A DNA stretch of 21,930 nucleotides from Bdellovibrionota bacterium (GTDB lineage: Bacteria > Bdellovibrionota_C > UBA2361 > OMII01). The DNA lies in contig JBIKWQ010000059.1 of the NCBI GenBank assembly GCA_044356215.1, forward strand, positions 1 to 21,930. The letters run 5' to 3'. Positions within the stretch are counted from its first letter, which is position 1. Each line of letters begins with the position of its first letter. Positions 15,022 through 21,930 of the stretch are shown here, piece by piece. The translations under genes were made by a program, and so were the position numbers. The notes under the pieces are model-generated. The model was not told the DNA's origin. It ran no database searches and was given only the letters and a program-made list of their open reading frames with translations.

Positions 15022-16221
15022 TTAATAGGGCCTAACTTTATTTCCCAGCTTCAACGCCCGATACGTCGGATAAACAAGAACAAAGCACAACACAGCGATA
15101 ATGATCGGCGGAATAGCTCGGTTGAAGTTCTCATAAAGATACCCAAGTGGCATACCAACAAGTCCAATCATTATAGCCTCAGTCGTCGAGAATAGAGAGA
15201 GACATGCAGCGCGGTGGCTGCTCGGCAGATGAGAATTAAGGATGGTGCCACTAGATGAAACGATTAGCCCAAATCCGATGCTAGTTATAAGTTGCGCGAT
15301 AACCAAATGCACTGGGCTCTCAACTATAGCGAAGATAACAGCGCCGCACCCGCAGACAAGCAGCGATGAGCAAAAAGCCAATTCGTCTCGGTGCCGCGTA
15401 ATTAGCGCCTTACCTACGCGAGCTCCAAGCACACTGCCAAGCGCGCTCAAGGCGTAACTAAATCCCACCTGAACGGGCCGCATCTGCGCCCCTAAGAGTA
15501 ATGGCTGAATTGAGATCCAGAGCTGTTCCAGGAGAATCGCGCCCGCCAACATCAGGGTACTCATGCGCAGTAGGTTCTCGGTACTTAAGAAAACTCTAAC
15601 TCCTTGCATAATATGCTCACGATCAGCGCTGGCACCTGTTTTCTCAAAAGGTAGCTCTTTAATTAAAGCTGTACAGTAGGCTCCAGTGAGTAAAGCTACC
15701 GCTAGAGTTATATAGGGCAGGGTGGGGTGGAGACTAAATAGGACCCCTGAGAGCACAAACGCCACGGTGCGAGAGCAATAGTTCATCATCACTGTATTAG
15801 ACATGTAGCGACGAAAGCTCGCCTCTTCGCCCCGAGCTTTAAGATTATCATGCAGAAGGGCAGTCTTTGCGCCAGAGAGCTGCGCGCTGCCAAAACCTTT
15901 AGCTACCGCGGCCAAAATCAGCACAGAAGTCGAGTAAGCGAAGATCATCAGCATCGCTGCGATAGCTTTAGAGACAAACCCGATTATGACCACCCGCCTC
16001 CTACCGAAGCGATCAGCCCAGGATCCGGTAGGCAGGTCAAGGAGCCCCGAAACAAAGGTAGTCCCCGCCTGAAAAGCTACTGCCTCGGTGAGCGAAAATT
16101 GGCAGTACTCAGTAAGATAAAAAGACCAGATGCTTGAATCAATCAGAAACTCCGAGATCGCAAAGAGCGCGTAGAACTTATTTATTTCGCGGGAGAGGTC
16201 GCTTGAAATTAGAGATGTCAT
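15022..16221 (-). CDS. MFS transporter
   Basis: About 12 hydrophobic segments; motif A 'DLPTGSWADRFGRR'; 'SGAKTALLHDNL'; 'LPSSHRAACLS'. ATG at 16221 preferred. Confidence 0.92.
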   Translation of the reverse strand: MTSLISSDLSREINKFYALFAISEFLIDSSIWSFYLTEYCQFSLTEAVAFQAGTTFVSGLLDLPTGSWADRFGRRRVVIIGFVSKAIAAMLMIFAYSTSVLILAAVAKGFGSAQLSGAKTALLHDNLKARGEEASFRRYMSNTVMMNYCSRTVAFVLSGVLFSLHPTLPYITLAVALLTGAYCTALIKELPFEKTGASADREHIMQGVRVFLSTENLLRMSTLMLAGAILLEQLWISIQPLLLGAQMRPVQVGFSYALSALGSVLGARVGKALITRHRDELAFCSSLLVCGCGAVIFAIVESPVHLVIAQLITSIGFGLIVSSSGTILNSHLPSSHRAACLSLFSTTEAIMIGLVGMPLGYLYENFNRAIPPIIIAVLCFVLVYPTYRALKLGNKVRPY

Positions 16222-16347
16222 ATCGTAACTACTCAGCAAATTACGCCGCAATAACGTTAGCCCCTATTAAGGGGCGGCTTTGCGGAGCAAAGCGGGGTGG
16301 GAATATATCTTCACCGCAACCGCGAAGCTCCCGGCTATTGCTCAATG

Positions 16348-16508
16348 TAGGGCGTCGCAGTTCTTTATCACCACAGAGGACGCAGAGGACAGAGAACGGC
16401 CATTTTACGGGCATTTATGGAGTTTTCTCTGTGTCCTCTGCGTCCTCTGTGGTAAAAAATATTTTACTAATTATCCCAGCAGCTTACCAAAAACACTGCA
16501 ACGCCCTG
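16348..16508 (+). mobile_element. Complete 161-bp MITE (copy C) with 9-bp target-site duplication
   Basis: Terminal repeats TAGGGCGTCGCAGT (16348-16361) and ACTGCAACGCCCTG (16495-16508), 12/14 complementary; direct repeat TGCTCAATG at 16339-16347 and 16509-16517; perfect 21-bp internal inverted repeat at 16370-16390 / 16433-16453. Confidence 0.92.
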
Positions 16509-16673
16509 TGCTCAATGAGAGCTCACTAATGACCCTGCAGTCAGACCCATCAAATACTTAAACAACTTTCAACCCAAATCAACCGGCTGTTTTGGGTGCT
16601 TTTAGCCCAATTAAGCCGGTAGTGGTCCTCCTTTAAGCAAAACATCGCGCAAGCGAGGTTTTGCTCTCTATTT

Positions 16674-18176
16674 TTAACCATACCCCACAACCACCACCCG
16701 CCAAGTCCTAGCTCCAAAAGGCTTAAGCGATCCAAGCTCCTTCCAGCCACCTGGGAGCTTCGCTAGCGACCCCTCTTTTACAAATACGACATCGCCCGCT
16801 TGCGGCGCGTAATCAGTAAGCTCTTTGATACTTCTTAATCCTGGCCTAAGCGTCTCACGGTAGATCCCCTCTAAATTAAATCTACCCTTTATCGGATTAC
16901 TTCGGCCGGAGACGGAGTCTTCAAGAATTACAAAATTATCGTAGCGCGCGCGTAATTCACTAACCAACAGATCGATCTCAATTCTCTTATTATCATTCAA
17001 TACAAATCGCGCGTGACGATCTATCGCTCTCCAATACGCCGGCAGAGTAAGGGCGCACAGCGCTATAGACAAAACACGCTTAACCCAAACTCTCTTGCCT
17101 AATAGATCCCTAGCTTTTAACGCCCCCCAAAACGACACGATGCTAATAAACGGAAGAAAGGGATTGATGTACCAAGGAACTTTTGAAGCTGATAAAGAAT
17201 AAAGCGCTACCGGCAAAAACGCCCAAATAAGCAGGAATCTCGAGCGTGGGTCTTTAAAACAGGTTAAAACCGCTCCCGCGACTCCGACAATCAAAAGATA
17301 CCGTGGAACAGCCGAGCCCCGAATAAACAAGCTCCAGAGATAAAACCAACTACTGCCAGTGTTGTGCCCCTCAAATCCATGAAACGTCCGAGTTAGGATC
17401 TCAACACCAATAAAGATAGAGATCCCTTTACTACCAGCCACACTCCATAAAGCGATTAGATACGCTACAAAAGTAACAACTGGTATACCAACGATCCAAA
17501 AAACAGGACGGCAACTTGTTAAGATCTGCCGGATATCCCGAGTAACCAGCACTCCACTACAAATTATAAAAGCTACTGTCGCGCAGATGGCAGGAACGAA
17601 TCCAGCCACACTCTTGGTTAAAACTCCAAGAGCACAAACAACACCGATAAGAATCGCTAGCTTAGATCTATCCTCGTCACGCGCCTTAATAAGGCTCCAA
17701 GTTAGCCAACACGATATAACAGTCAGCGTAGTTAAGAGCCCATCCAGCACAGCGCGCCTAAATCCGTGGTGCGAAATGACAAGCTCAGGCATCCCTAAAA
17801 GTGCCAACCCTGAAAGCAGCGCCAGAGGTAGCGACCCTGTAATCTTCAGAGCCAAAGCTATCGTTAGCGCCACGGTGGCTACACCAAGCGCCCCATCAAG
17901 CGCCCTAAAGCTAAAGTTTCCCTCTCCAAAAAGCGCCGGCGCGACAGCGCCTAACCAAAGTTTAAGTGGCGGCTTCTCATAGGTCGGCGCGTTACCGTGT
18001 TGTAAAGGAAAGAACGTGCCTTTGTGAAGGACCGATTGAGTTACACGGGTATAAATGATCTCATCAGAGCCAAGCGAGATTGACGATGCGCCTAAATTAA
18101 ATAAAAAGAACCATCCGGCGATAAAAGCAACTAGAGCTGAGGCTAGAAGTGCCTTAGTTAGCGAGGGGTGTTTCAT
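16674..18176 (-). CDS. ArnT/PMT-like integral membrane glycosyltransferase (GT-C fold)
   Basis: 'SDEIIY', 'YEKPPLKLW', 'FSFR', 'RAVLDGLL', 'GVLTKSVAG', 'SASKVPWYINPFLP'; many transmembrane segments. Confidence 0.88.
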   Translation of the reverse strand: MKHPSLTKALLASALVAFIAGWFFLFNLGASSISLGSDEIIYTRVTQSVLHKGTFFPLQHGNAPTYEKPPLKLWLGAVAPALFGEGNFSFRALDGALGVATVALTIALALKITGSLPLALLSGLALLGMPELVISHHGFRRAVLDGLLTTLTVISCWLTWSLIKARDEDRSKLAILIGVVCALGVLTKSVAGFVPAICATVAFIICSGVLVTRDIRQILTSCRPVFWIVGIPVVTFVAYLIALWSVAGSKGISIFIGVEILTRTFHGFEGHNTGSSWFYLWSLFIRGSAVPRYLLIVGVAGAVLTCFKDPRSRFLLIWAFLPVALYSLSASKVPWYINPFLPFISIVSFWGALKARDLLGKRVWVKRVLSIALCALTLPAYWRAIDRHARFVLNDNKRIEIDLLVSELRARYDNFVILEDSVSGRSNPIKGRFNLEGIYRETLRPGLRSIKELTDYAPQAGDVVFVKEGSLAKLPGGWKELGSLKPFGARTWRVVVVGYG

Positions 18177-18642
18177 GTCGGGGAGATTATCAGCTCTCTG
18201 GTAGGCGAAGCAAACGCCGTAGCTGCGCGGGCGCCTAATTCAGCACATACAAACTATGCGCCAGATTAGGGTAAGAAGACAATCTGAATTAAGCTACGCG
18301 GGAAGAATGAGCTACGGAGATAGAAGCCAAGCGCCGTGTGATCGACGATACCTTATGAGTTTTTACAAGCTCTGTCAGATAAGCTACCAGCGTAGTTGCT
18401 TCTGCTGGCATCCAGGAAGCTTTATGCTCTTCGCACCACAATCTAAACTCTCTTAGGTCGCTTGCATAGGCGCCCCTAGTGTTAGGAGCAAGTGAAGCGT
18501 CTAAGTATTCGCGAGCCTCATGGAGTAGAGCCTAGATAATCTCTGAAACCTGATTGTTTTGAGATGTTGTTTCAGGTTGTAACTTGTTGGCCGATTACGG
18601 TGGACGCTCCCGTTGCAAATGTAGAATAAAGCCGTGAACTGA

Positions 18643-19800
18643 TCAGTTCGGGTCAGAAAATGCTGGATTGGTCAAGAACTCTTGATCAGTAAGACTTTTT
18701 AAAAAGTTCACTAGATCTGTTCTTTCGGTTTCACTCAAACTGAAACCAGAGACAAAACCACTCTTAAATGGATTGCTCTTGCCATCACCCCTGAATGGAC
18801 CGCTCTGGACGTTTCTGCCGCCACGAGAATAAAAATCAATAACCTCTTCCAAGGTTTTCATGCTGCCATCATGCATATACGGTCCAGATACCTCGACATT
18901 CCGAAGCGATGGCGCTCTGAACTTACCCATGTCGTTCCTATCCTGAGAGAACTCATATACTCCTGTATTGTCTGGAGGGTAGTCTCCAGTTCCACCGATA
19001 TTATACAGCCCAGTATTATGGAATGATTTGGTGATAGTCTGGTCGTTTGAGTGCGTGGTGGAGTGCGTGAAGTTAAAACCACCATGGCAATGATGGCATT
19101 CGAGGCGTTCAGAGCTAAACAAGTCTAGCCCACGCTTTGCCGATGCTGATAACTGAGTAGCATCTCCAGCAACAAATCTGTCGTACGGAGAGTTCCCAGA
19201 GTTAAGCGTCCTTACAAAAGAAGCTATCGCAAAAACTACTGAGTTAAACGAAACTGGGTCTTCTTGATCAGGGAATGCGGCATTAAACATCTCAGAATAT
19301 TCTTGGCTATTACGAAGCTTGAACAAGATCTCTTCTTCTTTCCCTGTTGCCCCTAACTCAATCGGGGATAGCGAAAAAAGCGGAACAAATATCTGGCGTT
19401 CAATAGTTAAAAGATTTGGATTAGCCCAAGTTAAGGTGGAGTTGAAAGCAGCATTTACGAGTGTGTTAGTATTGCGTGGATGTCGTTCGCCAGTTGATCC
19501 GATCGCAAAAGTTTCAGAACTAGCAAATGCTCTTGATTGCTGATGACACGAGCCACAAGACTGTGTTGAGTTTCCAGATAGATTCTTCTCATAGAAGAGG
19601 TGTCTTCCAAGAGTGATTTTTGCTGTGGAAATCGGATTGTCGTCCGGTATCCTTGGATTTGGAAACCCTTCTGGGATGTTTAGGCTACTTGAGGAGGCAC
19701 CTTGACCATCCCCACCTGACCCACATCCAGTCAATAGCAGTCCAAAAAGCAAAGCCGAGCAAATGACTGACGACTTCATTCTATACTTCCTGATAATCAT
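18643..19800 (-). CDS. mbnH: MbnH-family di-heme enzyme (cytochrome c peroxidase/MauG superfamily), lipoprotein
   Basis: Two heme motifs CGSCH and CHHCH; 'LGRHLFY', 'LSGN', 'LTWANP', 'GKFRAPSLRNV', 'PYMHDG', 'VIDFYSRGG'; lipobox 'LTGC'; ATGA overlap with the upstream gene (alternative start 19779). Confidence 0.88.
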   Translation of the reverse strand: MIIRKYRMKSSVICSALLFGLLLTGCGSGGDGQGASSSSLNIPEGFPNPRIPDDNPISTAKITLGRHLFYEKNLSGNSTQSCGSCHQQSRAFASSETFAIGSTGERHPRNTNTLVNAAFNSTLTWANPNLLTIERQIFVPLFSLSPIELGATGKEEEILFKLRNSQEYSEMFNAAFPDQEDPVSFNSVVFAIASFVRTLNSGNSPYDRFVAGDATQLSASAKRGLDLFSSERLECHHCHGGFNFTHSTTHSNDQTITKSFHNTGLYNIGGTGDYPPDNTGVYEFSQDRNDMGKFRAPSLRNVEVSGPYMHDGSMKTLEEVIDFYSRGGRNVQSGPFRGDGKSNPFKSGFVSGFSLSETERTDLVNFLKSLTDQEFLTNPAFSDPN

Positions 19801-20654
19801 CTGACATAGAAGGCTGATTGATTACTACAACTCTCTTCGCATTTACCGGTCGCAAGCGAGAGCCCAAAGTTTGGAAAGATTTCCGAGCACTCGTTATCTG
19901 CTCTTTCCGACATACATCCAGGTGCGGTGTTGGGTGTTGATTTAGTCAGATCTACACCTTGAAGAAGACTAGCTACATCAAGAACGATTGTCTTATCTAC
20001 GCTATAGTTCGTGAGGGTAATAGTCGGAACGTTTGGATTAGAGCATGGTGATGAAGGTGCAGATGTAAACGCATCAGAAACACAACCTGAACTTCCAAGG
20101 TGAATGAACCAAGGCTTGCCATCGGCTTTTAAGTCAGTTCGGAAAAGTATATGCCCAACTTGCCAAAACCAATTCATGGCAGAGATATTCAGTGGCGATG
20201 GCGAGGAGGTAGGGTCAAGATGGTTCAGATCAAATGGAATACCTAAGTCAAAACGCACACCTGACACATCAGAAATGTCAGCCTTGCCTCGTAGTGTAGT
20301 ATTGGTTTCAGCAGTGCCTACTTCAGAGCATCCCGACGTAGCATTTTCAAAATCCAATAGGGCAGTATCTTGATACTGCCAGATACCATCTTGATCTAAC
20401 TCAACTGGATGTTCATCACCAGTACTATCTAGTAACCTTACATTGGAAACAAAGAAGCGGATTCCATTCACGACAACGTTGCTATTACGGCTGCCTAATC
20501 CATTATAGGTTCTACCGCAGGCCGCATCTTGCTCTCCGACTTTAGCAGCAAACTTAAGGCTTACTACCTCGCTATTTGACCCGCCACCACCACATCCACT
20601 AGCAAAAAGAACAGTAATAATAGATGCTAATGTGAGATGGCTGGTTGGTGTCAT
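19797..20654 (-). CDS. mbnP: MbnP-family copper-binding protein (metallo-mystery pair Cys-motif protein), lipoprotein
   Basis: 'FAAKVG...ACG', 'RFFVSNVRL', 'WQYQDTALLDFEN', 'FDLGIPFDLNH', W-x-W motif 'MNWFWQVGH', 'IHLGSSGC', 'CSNPN', 'GCMS'; lipobox 'ASGC'; paired with the di-heme gene. Confidence 0.88.
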   Translation of the reverse strand: MTPTSHLTLASIITVLFASGCGGGGSNSEVVSLKFAAKVGEQDAACGRTYNGLGSRNSNVVVNGIRFFVSNVRLLDSTGDEHPVELDQDGIWQYQDTALLDFENATSGCSEVGTAETNTTLRGKADISDVSGVRFDLGIPFDLNHLDPTSSPSPLNISAMNWFWQVGHILFRTDLKADGKPWFIHLGSSGCVSDAFTSAPSSPCSNPNVPTITLTNYSVDKTIVLDVASLLQGVDLTKSTPNTAPGCMSERADNECSEIFPNFGLSLATGKCEESCSNQSAFYVR

Positions 20655-20721
20655 TTTTGTTTGCCTTTTAAGGTGCTTAAAATTTTAGAATAATTTAGGC
20701 AGATACCAAAAGGAAGTAAAT

Positions 20722-20736
20722 GCGGCAAAATGTCGC
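20722..20736. promoter_or_regulatory. RegA/RegR/PrrA-type binding box upstream of mbnP
   Basis: GCGGC-AAAAT-GTCGC fits the GCGGC-N5-GTCGC consensus; it starts 68 nt upstream of the mbnP ATG. Confidence 0.55.
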
Positions 20737-20900
20737 AGTGATGTGAGGCTTTGGGGATAACGTCAGTGAGCAAGCAGCGAGAGCTCTAGCAAAGGATTTA
20801 AACGATAAGGTGCGCGACGTATCGCATACTCGGCCAGCAGCAGAGGAAAGTCCGACTCTAGGTGCGTAGCCCAGTTTGACCGAGCTATTGTGAGGGTGTC

Positions 20901-21404
20901 TTAGAGCCCCAATCTAGCTGTCGGATTCCCTCGAAAAACTGTCGCATCACGAATATACCGCTTCAGCATATCAAGCGACGCGTGCCCTGAGTGTCTCTGC
21001 ACATCAAGCGGATCTACTCCTGCTTGAATCGCAGACGTTACAAGCCCAGCTCTTAGAGAATGCCCAGAGAACTTACTAGGCTCTAACCCAATATCAGAGC
21101 CGTAGCGTTTCACCATGCGGGCGACCGCTTTATCCGAGAGTCTAGTATCCTGCACCTTGCTCCATCTAACCGGCCGAAACAGCGGCCCATCCCCGATTCC
21201 TCCTGCCTTCATCCAAGCAGTAACTGCCTTCACAGGGCAGGTCTCCTCATGGTCTCCAAAGCACACACCAACTTTTCTCCCAAACGAATACTGGTCGGTC
21301 TTACTTTTCTTAATCGTCAATACTAGACCTTCTTTGCACAGTGCAAGGTCTTCAACGCCGATCCCAACTAGCTTGCTACGTCTTAGCGCACCAGAGAGCC
21401 CAAG
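20901..21404 (-). pseudogene. 5'-truncated Cre-like tyrosine recombinase (catalytic domain only)
   Basis: The frame extends above the TTG at 21320 as 'LGLSGALRRSKLV...LTIKKSKTDQ', followed by 'CPV', 'SGHSLRAG', 'SGHAS' and 'RYIR' (R-K-H-R-H-Y catalytic set). There is an in-frame stop at 21441-21443 and no N-terminal core-binding domain. Confidence 0.85.
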
Positions 21405-21452
21405 CCTTATTTTACGGTCTAGTAAAAGATAACAAGCTAGTTATCGACGCCA

Positions 21453-21788
21453 CTAGCGCTTTCTCTTCTCACTGCGCTTAGAATCACTTTTAGTCTTATT
21501 CTCTTTAAGCTTTTCAATTTCTTCTATGAAAGATGGGGATAGATTAGAAATCAAGCTCTCAATATCGCGGACCTGATACATCACGGCTAAAACCGCTATT
21601 CCATCCGCAATGCGGTCATAAACCACGAAATGTTTTCTTGCGGGAACCATTAAGAAGGGTGCGGAGCGATGTTTTCTCAAAAGACCAGCATCGGGATTAG
21701 CAGCAGCCTTGCTCATTGAAGCGTAGATATCCGCTATGTAACGGCTGGCCGTCGCCTCGCCCCATTCCCGACGCGATCGGTCATATAG
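21453..21788 (-). pseudogene. ParE/RelE-family toxin, N-terminus apparently lost or replaced
   Basis: 'YDRSRREWGEATASRYIADI...AANPDAG...KHFVVY...VLAVMYQVRD' fits ParE. The upstream in-frame stretch to the TTG at 21854 does not resemble the usual ParE start, and no antitoxin is visible. Confidence 0.65.
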
Positions 21789-21930
21789 GTAGATAGTCAA
21801 AAGATAAGCAACACCTGGATTAGATTTTGAATCTAGGTAGTTATGGAAAACCAAAGAAAGAGACGTAAGCTCAGTCTAATGACGCGTGAAACTATTTATT
21901 CGATGAGAAGGCAAGGCTGCAAGATTCGAG

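Noticed and set aside
16582..16620. Hairpin ACCGGCT...AGCCGGT as the terminator of the glycosyltransferase gene
   Set aside because: The stem is interrupted and has no clear U-tract on the minus strand.
16134..16750. ORFs 16134-16529, 16280-16561 and 16550-16750
   Set aside because: They span the MITE or overlap real genes; no transposase or other motifs.
18200..18530. ncRNA, tRNA or the 66-aa ORF 18256-18456 in the long intergenic gap
   Set aside because: No tRNA arms, riboswitch signature or protein motif recognised; an Rfam/Infernal scan would be needed to exclude an RNA.
18643..20654. Methanobactin biosynthetic cluster or ordinary cytochrome c peroxidase/MauG
   Set aside because: No mbnA/B/C or mau genes are present; pairing with a W-x-W MbnP protein points to the stand-alone MbnPH type.
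683..21432. Remaining plus-strand ORFs antisense to annotated genes (e.g. 683-1027, 1225-1660, 2051-2452, 7083-7298, 17587-17982, 21115-21432) and nested 190-387, 6138-6380, 10291-10530, 18858-19085
   Set aside because: Shadow frames of well-supported genes with no recognisable motifs or ribosome-binding sites.
20901..21854. Integron or functional integrase
   Set aside because: The recombinase is Cre-like and lacks its N-terminal domain; I saw no IntI-specific insertion and no convincing attC structure.

Overview
Bacterial chromosomal window, probably origin-proximal, with almost all genes on the minus strand. From left to right it holds: (1) ATP synthase b/b' subunit <- bactofilin <- parB <- parA, with five perfect 16-bp parS palindromes. 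This gene order resembles that of delta-proteobacteria-like lineages (inference). (2) An orphan LivK-type binding protein. (3) A two-gene toxin-antitoxin-like module: an AbiEii-type nucleotidyltransferase preceded by a chimeric BrnA-domain protein, with a near-consensus leaderless promoter overlapped by a 20-bp palindrome. (4) glmU. (5) An SDR / FAD oxidoreductase / DUF1365 / Cfa-like methyltransferase fatty-acid modification operon resembling the furan-fatty-acid pathway. (6) A second LivK-type protein, an AAA_14-DUF4143 ATPase, an MFS transporter and an ArnT/PMT-like glycosyltransferase. (7) A lower-GC islet with an MbnP/MbnH pair behind a RegA/RegR-type box, next to a truncated Cre-like tyrosine recombinase and a 5'-damaged ParE toxin. 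The intergenic DNA carries a 161-bp MITE (terminal inverted repeats, 9-bp target duplication, 21-bp internal hairpin) in three copies, plus related 9-nt-period repeats. All family assignments come from motif recognition by eye; no searches were run.
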